From contig OZ244065.1 of assembly GCA_965215505.1 (NCBI GenBank), positions 2,688,001 through 2,752,000 on the forward strand: a stretch of 64,000 bases of DNA, in the 5' to 3' direction. A program made the position numbers and the translations under genes. The notes under the pieces were generated by a model, which saw only the letters and a program-made list of their open reading frames with translations, was not told where the DNA came from and did no database searches. Source of the DNA: Capsulimonadaceae bacterium. Its GTDB lineage: Bacteria > Armatimonadota > Armatimonadia > Armatimonadales > Capsulimonadaceae. This document shows positions 10,108 to 19,361 of this stretch, piece after piece. Numbering within the stretch: the first letter of the stretch is position 1; the number at the start of each line of letters is the position of its first letter.

Positions 10108-11901
10108 ATGGACGCATACGAGACATTCGAATCGGACGTACTGATCGTCGGCGCGGGCGGCGCGGGCCTGCGGGCGACGGTCGCCGCCCGCGAGGCGGGC
10201 CGCAGCGTGAACCTCGTCTGCAAGTCGCTGCTGGGCAAGGCGCACACGGTCATGGCCGAAGGCGGTGTCGCCGCCGCTTTGGGCAACATGGGCGAGCCGG
10301 ACGACTGGAAGGTCCACTTCATGGACACCATGAAGGGCGGCCAGTTCCTCAACAACCCGCGCACCGTCGAGATCTTCGCCCAGGAGGCACCCGAGCGGGT
10401 TTTGGAACTGGAACAGTACGGGGCGGTCTTCGACCGGACGCCGCAGGGCTTGATCTCCCAGCGGCCCTTCGGCGGCCACACCTACCGGCGCTTGAACCAC
10501 GTTGGCGACCGGACGGGGCTTGAGCTGATCCGCACCATGCAGGACAAGGCCGTCTCGTATGGCATGGACGTCCACATGGAGGTGACGCTGACGAAGCTGC
10601 TCACCGAGGCGGGCCGCGTGGTCGGCGCGTTCGGCTACTCGCGCGAGACGGGCCGGTTCGTCGTCTTCCGCGCCAAGGCCGTCGTGCTGGCGACGGGCGG
10701 CTGGGGGCGCATGTTCAAGGTGACCTCCAACTCCTGGGAGTCCACGGGCGACGGCCTGATGATGGCCTACGAGGCGGGCGCGGAATTGCTGGACATGGAG
10801 ATGGTCCAGTTCCACCCGACCGGCATGGTCTGGCCGCCCGGCGTCCGGGGCCTGCTCATCACCGAGGGTGTGCGGGGCGAGGGCGGCGTGCTGAAGAACA
10901 AGAACGGCGAGCGATTCATGTTCAATGACGCCTACATGCCGGACAACTACAAAGGCCAGTTCGCCGAGACCGACGAGGAGGGCGTCCGGTGGCTGGATGA
11001 CAAAAAGAACAACCGCCGCCCGCCCGAGCTTCTGCCGCGCGACGTGGTCGCCCGCGCCATCTACAAAGAGGTCCTGGCGGGCCGGGGCAGCGAACACGGC
11101 GGCGTCTACCTGGACGTGTCCCACCGGGGCGAGGCCTACGTCAAGCGCAAGCTGCCCTCCATGTACGAGCAGTTCCACGCGCTGGGCGACGTGGACATCA
11201 CCAAGCAGCCGATGGAGGTCTACCCCACCATCCACTACACCATGGGCGGCATTCTGGCCGACCCCGAAACCGGCGCGACCACGGTCCCCGGCCTCTACAC
11301 GGCGGGCGAGTCGGCGGCAGGCCTGCACGGGGCGAACCGCCTGGGCGGCAACTCCCTTTCCGACATCTTGGTATTCGGCAAGCGCGCCGGGGATGCGGCG
11401 GCAGCCTACAGCCAGACCGTCTCCTTGGGGGCAATCAACACGGACCAGATCGCCGACGAGGCCGCCCTGATGCTGACCCCCTTCGAGAGCGGCGGGGACG
11501 AGAACCCCTACACGCTCACTGCGGAGCTTCAGGAGGCTATGCAGAAGGGCGCGATGATCGCCCGCACCGAGGAGGGCCTCACGGCCTGCCTCACGACCAT
11601 CTTGGAACTCCAGGCCCGCGCCAAGAACCTATGCATTCAAGGCTCGCGCATGTTCAACCCCGGCTGGCACGGGGCGCGTGATATCCGCTTCATGCTGAAG
11701 ACGAGTGAGATCATCGTCCGCTGCGCCCTCGCCCGCAAAGAGAGCCGGGGCGCGCAGTGGCGTCTGGACTTCCCCGACAAGGACCCGCAGTGGGCGAAGC
11801 AGAACCTCATCACCGTCAAGGACGGCGAGCAGGTGAAGATCACCCCCCGCCCCCTGCCCGAAATGCCGCCGCATCTGGCGGCGTTGTTTGAGGGGAAGTA
11901 G
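10108..11901 (+). CDS. sdhA: Succinate dehydrogenase/fumarate reductase flavoprotein subunit
   Basis: GAGGAG FAD motif, HTVMAEGG, QFHPTG, TEGVRGEGG, HYTMGG, HGANRLGGNSL, ESRGAQWR. Confidence 0.95.
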   Translation: MDAYETFESDVLIVGAGGAGLRATVAAREAGRSVNLVCKSLLGKAHTVMAEGGVAAALGNMGEPDDWKVHFMDTMKGGQFLNNPRTVEIFAQEAPERVLELEQYGAVFDRTPQGLISQRPFGGHTYRRLNHVGDRTGLELIRTMQDKAVSYGMDVHMEVTLTKLLTEAGRVVGAFGYSRETGRFVVFRAKAVVLATGGWGRMFKVTSNSWESTGDGLMMAYEAGAELLDMEMVQFHPTGMVWPPGVRGLLITEGVRGEGGVLKNKNGERFMFNDAYMPDNYKGQFAETDEEGVRWLDDKKNNRRPPELLPRDVVARAIYKEVLAGRGSEHGGVYLDVSHRGEAYVKRKLPSMYEQFHALGDVDITKQPMEVYPTIHYTMGGILADPETGATTVPGLYTAGESAAGLHGANRLGGNSLSDILVFGKRAGDAAAAYSQTVSLGAINTDQIADEAALMLTPFESGGDENPYTLTAELQEAMQKGAMIARTEEGLTACLTTILELQARAKNLCIQGSRMFNPGWHGARDIRFMLKTSEIIVRCALARKESRGAQWRLDFPDKDPQWAKQNLITVKDGEQVKITPRPLPEMPPHLAALFEGK

Positions 11902-11913
11902 AGCGACATTAGC

Positions 11914-12132
11914 ATGAAGTTCCAGACTGACGACTTGCTTGTTCGCCTCCGTTGGGTGCAGACTGTTTGGACCATTGCCCTTTGCTTTGTCACCTATAAA
12001 TGCTTTGAAGGTCAAGGCTGGTCCGTTATCACGATCCTAGCCGCGATATACAGTGTCAGCTCGATCCTATCGGCGGGCCGTGCCTGGATGCTGGCTTTAG
12101 GCCGCAAAAAGGCTGGCAAAACGCAGGTATGA
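11914..12132 (+). CDS. Small hypothetical membrane protein (72 aa, lower GC)
   Basis: Two hydrophobic stretches and a basic tail; starts 12 nt after the sdhA stop. Confidence 0.5.
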   Translation: MKFQTDDLLVRLRWVQTVWTIALCFVTYKCFEGQGWSVITILAAIYSVSSILSAGRAWMLALGRKKAGKTQV

Positions 12133-12268
12133 AAAGCATGGGGAGCAGACTCATAGCAGAACGATGAGGGATGGCGTGCCGCGCCCACTCCACAAAATGC
12201 TATACTGAGTCGTAGGGGGGAAGCTCATGGCGGGAATACTGACACGGAAAATGGCAGGCGATACGGAC

Positions 12269-12589
12269 ATGACGGGAGCGAATGCAACTGGCCAACAATT
12301 GCATGACAGGGCGACGCGCGGGGAGGCATTGACCCAGACGGAGCAGGCGAGCCTGGCGGCCTGGTATGAGCGTCAGGATGCGGAGGAAGCGGCGATGCTT
12401 GCCGCATCAAGGCCGGTGACGGAGGCGGCGCTGCGGCGGCTTCGGGAGGAAGTGGAGGCGGAGGCGGCGCGCGTGCTGACGGTGACGCAACAGATCCAGG
12501 CGCAGGTCGCCGAAAACGAGGCGCTGCGTCAGGAGATCGCGGCACTCACTCAGAGGCTGGCACGGTCGGCGGTCCCGCAGCCCATATGA
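12269..12589 (+). CDS. Hypothetical coiled-coil protein, partner of the HNH gene (alternative starts 12227/12251)
   Basis: LHDRATRGEALTQTEQASLAAWYERQD followed by a heptad-rich C-terminus; ATGA overlap with the HNH gene. Confidence 0.7.
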   Translation: MTGANATGQQLHDRATRGEALTQTEQASLAAWYERQDAEEAAMLAASRPVTEAALRRLREEVEAEAARVLTVTQQIQAQVAENEALRQEIAALTQRLARSAVPQPI

Positions 12590-13128
12590 GCATCCCCGAA
12601 GCAGTGCGGGAGCAGGTGCGTCAGCGGGCCGGCTTCGCCTGCGAATATTACGGGGCCACGGAAACCGACACGGCGGGACAGTTGACGCTGGACCACTTCC
12701 GCCCGCGGGCGAAAGGCGGGAGCGATGCGCCTGGTAATTTGGTTTACTGCTGCCATCGCTGCAACGAATACAAGTCGGACTACTGGCCGCAAACGCCTGA
12801 CGCCCAGGCCCTGTGGAATCCGCGTCAAGAGGCAGCCCAGAATCATTTCCTGGAACTGGCAGACGGGAGCCTCCACGCCCTGGATGCCACGGGAGAACTC
12901 ACACTCAGCCGCCTGCGTCTCAACCGGCCTGCGCTCATCGCCCACCGTCTACAGCAGCGACAGAGCCGCGAAGAGCAACGCCTGCTGACGCGCTTGCATG
13001 ACATGGTTGCGCTCTTCGGCCAAGGCCAGAGACAGCAAACGATCCTGCTGCAAGAGCATCGGGATCTACTGCAACAGCAGCTTCGCGTAATGCAGGCGCT
13101 CCTAAATCGGAAGCCCGGAGACGAGTAA
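12586..13128 (+). CDS. HNH endonuclease with C-terminal coiled coil
   Basis: VRQRAGFACEY, DHFRPRAKGGSD..NLVYCCHRCNEYKSD, LWNPR, L.LNRP.L. Confidence 0.85.
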   Translation: MSIPEAVREQVRQRAGFACEYYGATETDTAGQLTLDHFRPRAKGGSDAPGNLVYCCHRCNEYKSDYWPQTPDAQALWNPRQEAAQNHFLELADGSLHALDATGELTLSRLRLNRPALIAHRLQQRQSREEQRLLTRLHDMVALFGQGQRQQTILLQEHRDLLQQQLRVMQALLNRKPGDE

Positions 13129-13151
13129 GCGCGGTAAGAAACGGAAACCAA

Positions 13152-13898
13152 ATGCCAGACCAGATCACACTGAACGTGTTTCGCGGGGACGCCGAGGGCG
13201 GCGGCGAGATCAAATCGTATGACGTGCCGACGTTCGCCGGGATGGTGGTTTTGGACGCCATCCACTATGTCCAGGCCAACCAGGACAGCTCGCTGGCCTG
13301 CCGGTGGAACTGCAAGGCGGCCAAGTGCGGCTCGTGCAGCGCCGAGGTGGACGGCCGGCCCAAGCTGCTGTGCAAGACGCGCGTGGACCAGTACCCGACC
13401 GGCAGCATCAGCGTCGGACCGCTGCGGGCCTTCCCGCTGCTGAAGGATCTGGTCACGGACGTCTCGTGGAACTACCGGACGGCCCGCAAGATCCCGCCGC
13501 TGACGCCCGCCGCCGATGCGCCCAAACCGTTCGTCATGCAGCAGGTGGACGTGGACCGGGTGCAGGAGTTCCGCAAGTGCATCGAGTGCTTCTTGTGCCA
13601 GGACGTCTGCCACGTCATCCGCGAACACCACCGGCAGGACGCCTTTTTTGGGCCGCGCCAGATGGTCCGCATGGCCGCCCTGGAAATGCACCCGATGGAC
13701 ACGGTCAACCGCCGGGAACAACTCAAGGGTGAGGCAGGAGTGGGCTTCTGCAACATCACGAAGTGCTGCACGGAGGTCTGCCCGGAACACATCCACATCA
13801 CCGACAACGCGATCATCCCCTTGAAGGAGCGCGTGGTGGATGACTACTTCGACCCGGTGCGGAAGCTGATCCAGATCTTTGTCGGAAAGAAGAAGTAA
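13152..13898 (+). CDS. sdhB: Succinate dehydrogenase iron-sulfur subunit
   Basis: CRWNCKAAKCGSC, CIECFLCQDVC, CNITKCCTEVCP cysteine motifs. Confidence 0.95.
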   Translation: MPDQITLNVFRGDAEGGGEIKSYDVPTFAGMVVLDAIHYVQANQDSSLACRWNCKAAKCGSCSAEVDGRPKLLCKTRVDQYPTGSISVGPLRAFPLLKDLVTDVSWNYRTARKIPPLTPAADAPKPFVMQQVDVDRVQEFRKCIECFLCQDVCHVIREHHRQDAFFGPRQMVRMAALEMHPMDTVNRREQLKGEAGVGFCNITKCCTEVCPEHIHITDNAIIPLKERVVDDYFDPVRKLIQIFVGKKK

Positions 13899-13946
13899 GA
13901 GATGAAGTGACCTGAATGCCGCGCAGCGGCGGGAAAGGAAGCGACC

Positions 13947-14192
13947 ATGTCCGAGGAGACTACGGCGGCGGAAAAAGCCTGCCTGCGGTGCGGCGGGGGG
14001 CGTCTGCTGGCCGCCCAACTGGAGAACCCGATCGCCTTTTGCTTGGACCATGCGGCCCACCACGGGCGAGTCCACCTGAGCTTGAAGGCGCTGCTGTGCC
14101 AGGACTGCGGCCACGTCGAGTTCTGGACGCCCGACCCGTCCCGGATCGTGCGGGAGCGCGAGGCGGCGACGATCCAGGAAGAGGATTTCTGA
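13947..14192 (+). CDS. Small zinc-ribbon protein
   Basis: CLRCGG ... CQDCGHVEF; AAGGA RBS. Confidence 0.7.
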   Translation: MSEETTAAEKACLRCGGGRLLAAQLENPIAFCLDHAAHHGRVHLSLKALLCQDCGHVEFWTPDPSRIVREREAATIQEEDF

Positions 14193-14213
14193 GGAAGGCC
14201 CGGCCCGGAGGCT

Positions 14214-14241
14214 GTAGGGGCGCCGCTTGCCGCGCCCCTAC
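14214..14241. repeat. GTAG-type REP hairpin between convergent genes
   Basis: GTAGGGGCG-ccgcttgccg-CGCCCCTAC. Confidence 0.75.
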
Positions 14242-14276
14242 ATGTGCATCCCCTCTGCCGCCAGATTGGCGATCCT

Positions 14277-16013
14277 TCACCTATTCCCCGCCGGAACGAC
14301 GTAGAGCGTGACGCTCTGGGCGGGCAGGGTCGCCGACAGGTGCCCTGCCGTCAAGGCGGTGTCAGGCAGGCGCGTGATCGCGCCGCCTGCGAGTTGCCAT
14401 GCCTGGGCCGCCGCGCCCGCCGCGAAGTGGGCCAGGGACAGGGCGACCGGCGTCGGGCCGGACAGCGACTTGTTGACGACCATGACGGTCAAGGCCCCAT
14501 CGGACTGGCGCAGGGCGGCGAACGAGGCCAGGGTGTCCGGGTCGGGGACTCGGTCCGCGACGCTGATGCTGCCGAAGGTGGACTTCTTGCCGTCGTAGTT
14601 GCGGTACATCTGCATCGCTTTGAAAGTGGGCGAGGTGATCGCGGGCGTGGTCCAGCGCGTCGCCAGATCCAGGCCCTCCCGCCCGAAGATGCCCCAAATG
14701 TCCGCCTGAGCGGTCGCACCGCTCATGCTCCCCTCGGCCCCCCAATTATACTCGGTGATGCCGGTCTTGGTGCCGGGGTAGTAGGTCTGCACCCACTTCT
14801 TCAGGCGCGGGATGAGCATGACCTTGGCCTTGATCCAGCTCTCGTCCGTGTAGTTCGGGTCCCACAGGGCGCGCGTGGAGCGGTTCCGCAGGGCCTCGAT
14901 TTTGGGCGTGACGTCGTCGGTAAAGTCGCCGCCCTGCGGGTAGATGTGGGCGGTGAAGACGTCCAGCGACCGCTTACCGGTCTTCAGATCGTGCTTATGC
15001 ACCTGGTCCAGCAGCCAGGGCAGATAGTCCATGCCGCCGTGCGCCGCCCGGTCGGGGAAGGTCCCGTTCCAGCCGTGGGCGGCCCCGTACTGCTCGTCTG
15101 CGCCGCTGTAGAGGAAGCCGTTCCAGCCCCACTCCTCCGGCCCGAGCGTCTTGGCGGCGGGGTCCACCGACTTGATCATGGCGCTATAGGTCAGCATGTC
15201 GTCCAGGATCTCCTGCATCGTCGCCCCCTTCGGGTGGGCGTCCCGGTGGGTGCCGTTCCACAAAGCCGGCTCGTTGTCCAGCAGATACCAGCCAACGCCG
15301 CCCGCCGGGGCCTTGCCCCACTTGGCCGTCAGATGGTCCAGCCAGCCGCGCTGGAAATCGGGAGTCGCGGGCGTGTTGGCGTCGTTCGGGTCGCCGGCGG
15401 GGACCTCGGTCTTGCCGTCCGGCTTCAGTCCGTTGCCCGCGTCGGCCATGTAGGGGTCGGTCTTCTGCTGCGGGCCGTACTTCTTGACCGAGAACCCGGC
15501 CAGCTTCTCCCGGTTCGGGCCGAGCTTCGCCACCCAGCCGAGCATCGGGACAGTCAGCATCGGCTGCGCCCCGCCCGCCTTGGACGCGGCGACGAAGGTG
15601 TCGCCGCTCTCGCCGGGCACGGCGCTGGCCTCGCCGATGCTCTCAAAGAAGTAGTCATTGGCGTGGTTGGAGGCGTTCAGCTTCCAGTTGTAGCGCGTCG
15701 AGCCGTTGCCGCCGCTGCGGTTGAGCGTGGCGTTCAGTGCTTGAAGCTGCTCTTTGGAGCCGAAGGCGGTCCCGTAGATGAGGGCGCTGATGAGGTGCCG
15801 GTCCGCCCCGGCGTCCACCGTGATCGGCGTCGGCAGCCCCGCGCCGGGGATGTCCGGTGCGGCCTGGAAGTGCGGGCCGGGCGCGGCGGTGGGCAGGCGT
15901 CCCGGCGCGGGTCCGATCTGTGGGGGAGCCGGCGGCAGGTCGTTCTGCGCCTTTGCGGCGGAAAAAGCGCCCAGGCCGAGGCCGGCGCAGAGGGCAAGTG
16001 TGAGTTTGTTCAT
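14277..16013 (-). CDS. Secreted glycoside hydrolase family 44 (endoglucanase/xyloglucanase)
   Basis: ISALIYG, RSGGN.STRYNW..NASNHANDYFFES, LDNEPALW..THRD.HP, GPEEWGW, ITEYNWG, GIFGREGLDLATRW; signal peptide from ATG 16013. Confidence 0.85.
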   Translation of the reverse strand: MNKLTLALCAGLGLGAFSAAKAQNDLPPAPPQIGPAPGRLPTAAPGPHFQAAPDIPGAGLPTPITVDAGADRHLISALIYGTAFGSKEQLQALNATLNRSGGNGSTRYNWKLNASNHANDYFFESIGEASAVPGESGDTFVAASKAGGAQPMLTVPMLGWVAKLGPNREKLAGFSVKKYGPQQKTDPYMADAGNGLKPDGKTEVPAGDPNDANTPATPDFQRGWLDHLTAKWGKAPAGGVGWYLLDNEPALWNGTHRDAHPKGATMQEILDDMLTYSAMIKSVDPAAKTLGPEEWGWNGFLYSGADEQYGAAHGWNGTFPDRAAHGGMDYLPWLLDQVHKHDLKTGKRSLDVFTAHIYPQGGDFTDDVTPKIEALRNRSTRALWDPNYTDESWIKAKVMLIPRLKKWVQTYYPGTKTGITEYNWGAEGSMSGATAQADIWGIFGREGLDLATRWTTPAITSPTFKAMQMYRNYDGKKSTFGSISVADRVPDPDTLASFAALRQSDGALTVMVVNKSLSGPTPVALSLAHFAAGAAAQAWQLAGGAITRLPDTALTAGHLSATLPAQSVTLYVVPAGNR

Positions 16014-16065
16014 GGTGTGTATAGTGGGTGTTATGTGGTGAATGCCGTTGTGTACGCGCCGGGCG

Positions 16066-16243
16066 GGACGAGTGAATGAATTCACTCGCTGACGCAGGAT
16101 TTGTCTAGGGGACAACAGGAACCGGATTAAAGGCCATCCCGGAAAGCAGAGAGTGGCGGAGTTCAAGGAATGCTATCTGGCCCTTTCCCCTCTTCTGTCC
16201 CCTGGACAGGTCCGGCGGCAGCGAGTGAATTCATTCACTCGTC
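16066..16243. repeat. Dispersed nested-palindrome element, copy 2 (inverted relative to copies 1 and 3)
   Basis: ACGAGTGAATGAATTCACTCGCTGACGC..TTGTCTAGGGGACAA ... CTTCTGTCCCCTGGACAGGTC..GCGAGTGAATTCATTCACTCGT. Confidence 0.85.
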
Positions 16244-16306
16244 TTCATCCACTCGTCTCGGTTCCCGTTCCCAATTCTCCGCCCCCGACAGGCACTCTTC
16301 TCATAC

Positions 16307-18130
16307 CTAGCCGCCCGCCGCCCGAGTTCCTGGGGCCGCCCGAGTTCCTGGGGCCGCCCGAGTTCCTGGGGCCGCCCGAGTTCCTGAAACCGCCAAAGGC
16401 CGCGCCTCCCTGCCCCCCTCACGCACGCGGTACGCCGCGTCCCCCTTCAGCCCATGGAACGTGTCCGCCCGCCCGCTCGGCCAGCGCACCCGCACCGTGT
16501 CGGCGACGGTGGCCGCGCCCAGGCCGACGTGGACGCGCCTGTCGGACGACGACAGGTAGGAGCCGTCGGCGTGGCACACCCGCGTCTGGGTCAGGCCGCC
16601 CGCCGGCGTCGCGGTCTGGACCGTCACGAGTGCCCCGTAGCCGTCCCGGTTGCTGCGGGTGCCTTCCAGGGTGAGGGAGAGCCAGTGGCCGGCGGGCGCG
16701 GTTTCATTGTGGAGCAGGAGAGGAGTGCCCTCGCTGTCCACGACCAGGGCGTCCACGCGCCCGTCGTTGTCGAAGTCGCCAACGGCGAGGCCCCGGCCCA
16801 CGATGGACCGCTGGAAGTCCGGCCCGGCCTTCGGCGAGAGGTCGCCGAACTTTCCCCTCTCCTCCCCCGGCCCCAGGTTGTGGAAAAACTGCGTCGGCTG
16901 GCGGTAGGTGGTGAAGCCCCGGATGGCCCAGAACTTGTCAATGTTGTCTGCCGTATGGCCGTTCGCGACGATCAGGTCCAGCCAGCCGTCATTGTCGGCG
17001 TCGAAGAACTTGCAGCCAAAGGCGACCTTGTCCCGGCTGGTGCGCGGCATGCCGCTGGAAAGCGCGTCGTTGATGAACAGCCCGTTCCCCTCGTTGTGGT
17101 ACAGGTCCTTCGGCTCCGCCGAGTAGGTGGCAACGAACAGGCCCAGGCGGCCCGCGTTGTCATAGTCGCCCCAGTCCACCCCCATGCCGCCGTGGGGGCT
17201 GCCGAGCGCGCCGAGGGCGGTCCCGGAAGCCTTGCCGACGTTCCTCATGTGCCCGCCGCGCCGGTCTTGAAAGAGGTCCCCGGCCATCTCGTCGTTCGCA
17301 ACGGCGATGCCCAGACGCCCCCGGCCCTCATAGTCCGCCATGGCGACGCCCAGCCCTTTGCCCGATTGCGCTCCTAATCCCCACTCCGAGGTGACATCGC
17401 GGAAGTGTCTGCCGTCCAGGTTGTGGTACAGGACGCCCTTGAGCGCGGCGAAGCTCTCCGGCCCGCACCCGGTCTTGACCGGCCCCTGCTTGGTCTTCAC
17501 GACGCAGAGCCTCTTGGACTTCCGGGGATCGAAATCCACATAGTCTGCGACATAGAGGTCAAGCCTTCCGTCGCCGTCCACGTCGCCGAAGGCCGCCGAC
17601 GTGCCCCAGGGCTGGGGCGTCAGCCCGGCCTGGCGGGTCACGTCCTTGAAGCGCCTGCCGCCCTCATTGTGGAGCAGGAGGCCGGTGCGGTAGCCGCTGA
17701 GGTACAGGTCGTCGTAGCCGTCGTTGTCGTAGTCGCCGACGGCGCAGCCCAGGAAGTGCCCGCGCAGCGTGTCTAGCCCGGTGGCGTGGGACACGTCGGC
17801 AAAGTGGCCGCGCCCGTCTCCTTTGTAGAGGGCGACGTGGTCGGTTCCGACGAGGAGGACGGAGAGGTCGCCGGAGTTGTCGTAGTCCAGAAACGCGCAC
17901 CCATTGCCGATGGTTTGCAGGATGTCGAGAGGACCCTGGGGCGGCATGTTCCAGCGGTAGTGGAGGCCCGACTCCGAGGCCACGTCCGTGAAACTAATGG
18001 AAGCGGACGCGGGCGGCGGGACGGCGTCCGGGGATGCGGAAGGGCCGTGGGCGGGGTTTCCACACCCCGCACAGAGCGCGGCCAGCAGGAGGAGGAAGCG
18101 GAAAGGGAGCGGGACGGGTCGGGTGTGCAA
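16307..18130 (-). CDS. CRTAC1 family protein (FG-GAP repeats + ASPIC/UnbV domain), probable lipoprotein
   Basis: Repeated D.DNDG..DL motifs, GRGLAVGDFDNDGRVD, SNRDGYGALVTV, YLSSSD.RVHVGLG, VRWPSG; LCAG-C lipobox. Confidence 0.85.
   Translation of the reverse strand: MHTRPVPLPFRFLLLLAALCAGCGNPAHGPSASPDAVPPPASASISFTDVASESGLHYRWNMPPQGPLDILQTIGNGCAFLDYDNSGDLSVLLVGTDHVALYKGDGRGHFADVSHATGLDTLRGHFLGCAVGDYDNDGYDDLYLSGYRTGLLLHNEGGRRFKDVTRQAGLTPQPWGTSAAFGDVDGDGRLDLYVADYVDFDPRKSKRLCVVKTKQGPVKTGCGPESFAALKGVLYHNLDGRHFRDVTSEWGLGAQSGKGLGVAMADYEGRGRLGIAVANDEMAGDLFQDRRGGHMRNVGKASGTALGALGSPHGGMGVDWGDYDNAGRLGLFVATYSAEPKDLYHNEGNGLFINDALSSGMPRTSRDKVAFGCKFFDADNDGWLDLIVANGHTADNIDKFWAIRGFTTYRQPTQFFHNLGPGEERGKFGDLSPKAGPDFQRSIVGRGLAVGDFDNDGRVDALVVDSEGTPLLLHNETAPAGHWLSLTLEGTRSNRDGYGALVTVQTATPAGGLTQTRVCHADGSYLSSSDRRVHVGLGAATVADTVRVRWPSGRADTFHGLKGDAAYRVREGGREARPLAVSGTRAAPGTRAAPGTRAAPGTRAAGG
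16317..16386. repeat. 18-bp tandem repeat (GCCGCCCGAGTTCCTGGG, about 3.9 copies) translated as the GTRAAP tail of the CRTAC1 gene
   Basis: Directly visible tandem array. Confidence 0.9.
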
Positions 18131-18170
18131 GGTGCGGTCGCTCTCGGGCGGGTGGGGTCAGAGAAGAAGA

Positions 18171-18198
18171 CGCGCGAATGGCAGATGCCATTCGCGCG
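18171..18198. terminator. Strong hairpin between the lipoprotein gene and the CRTAC1 gene (possible internal terminator)
   Basis: CGCGCGAATGGCA-GA-TGCCATTCGCGCG, with pyrimidine-rich tails on both strands. Confidence 0.6.
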
Positions 18199-18230
18199 CT
18201 TTCTTTAGAAACGGCCTGATGATCTCACGA

Positions 18231-18473
18231 TCACTTGGGTGCGGTGCCCTGAGCGGGGGTTTGCGCGTTTGCCTGAGTGCCGGCCCGCTTCTGTGCTTCC
18301 TGCATGCCCCGGAGCGCCTCCGGGGGGGGGGTCTTGTTCTTGAAGTCGTCCTTCGTCATCTCGTGGCCGCCCGCCGCTCCGTTGCCGCAGCCGGAAAGCA
18401 GCGGCACGGAGGCGAGAATACCGGCGCAGAGGCAGACCAGGGTCAGCCGCTTTGCGAGTGTGTCCTTGTTCAT
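18231..18473 (-). CDS. Small lipoprotein (80 aa)
   Basis: Lipobox LLSG-C after a hydrophobic leader; starts 8 nt after the pilin-like gene stop. Confidence 0.75.
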   Translation of the reverse strand: MNKDTLAKRLTLVCLCAGILASVPLLSGCGNGAAGGHEMTKDDFKNKTPPPEALRGMQEAQKRAGTQANAQTPAQGTAPK

Positions 18474-18481
18474 GGCTTTAG

Positions 18482-19354
18482 TTACCGTGCCCCATCCCAC
18501 ATATTGTCCTGGGGCTGGTTGACAGGGTCAGGGTCCGTAGCAGCGGGGACCATGGACTTGACATGGCCGTCCATGAATGCGAAGTTAGCCCTGGCACCGG
18601 TGCCGTGGTGCGCCGACACCGCGCCGTTGGGGCCGGTCGGGAACGGGTTGCTACCCGGTTTGGTGCCGTTGGGGATTTCGTAAGTCGCCGTGCCTGTTCC
18701 CAGGGGAACGCCGATAAGTAGGTTCGGGCCATGATAGTTTGACCAGTTGCCCCAGGTGCAGCAGTCTGTCCCACCCTCCTTGCTGCCTCGAACATCCGAA
18801 TTGTACTGTTCGGTCAGAAGGACCGTATCCGAGGGACGGGTAATGCGCGACTCTTTATTCACGGGGTTCAGCCACCCTGTCTGCCCGCTGACGCTCACGG
18901 AGCCGTTCGCCGGGAAACCCGGACCCCAGGTGGAGCCATAGTAACCGTTGGCGACGTAGGACATCCCGTAGCCGGCCCAGGGACCCAGCCAGGGGGCAAT
19001 GGCGATTGAATGTGCAGGCTGGTTACCATCAGGATCGTCCGGGCAGGCGAAAACCTGGTAGCTCTTGACATAGGGCAGAACGCCCGTGACCCAGTCCGCG
19101 GATGACGGAGTGTTCCAGTTATCCCACGAGAAGCCGATGGGGTAAGCGCCGTCGCTATCATTCGTGTACATGGAGAAGGACAGCGCGAGCTGCTTCATGT
19201 TGCTCTCGCAGGAGGCGGCGCGGGCGTTCTCGCGGACCTTCTGGAAGACCGGGAACAGGATGGCGGCGAGAATCGCGATGATCGCGATGACGACGAGAAG
19301 CTCGATGAGCGTGAAGCCCTTGCGGCTCCGGGGGCGCGGAAAGAAACGGTTCAT
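18482..19354 (-). CDS. Prepilin-type N-terminal cleavage/methylation protein, DUF1559 / H-X9-DG family
   Basis: [45 protein letters not shown]-terminal [12 protein letters not shown]. Confidence 0.9.
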   Translation of the reverse strand: MNRFFPRPRSRKGFTLIELLVVIAIIAILAAILFPVFQKVRENARAASCESNMKQLALSFSMYTNDSDGAYPIGFSWDNWNTPSSADWVTGVLPYVKSYQVFACPDDPDGNQPAHSIAIAPWLGPWAGYGMSYVANGYYGSTWGPGFPANGSVSVSGQTGWLNPVNKESRITRPSDTVLLTEQYNSDVRGSKEGGTDCCTWGNWSNYHGPNLLIGVPLGTGTATYEIPNGTKPGSNPFPTGPNGAVSAHHGTGARANFAFMDGHVKSMVPAATDPDPVNQPQDNMWDGAR

Positions 19355-19361
19355 GATGCAG

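Noticed and set aside
12586-13128. HNH as an intron- or intein-encoded homing endonuclease
   Set aside because: sdhA and sdhB both look intact and the HNH is a free-standing intergenic gene.
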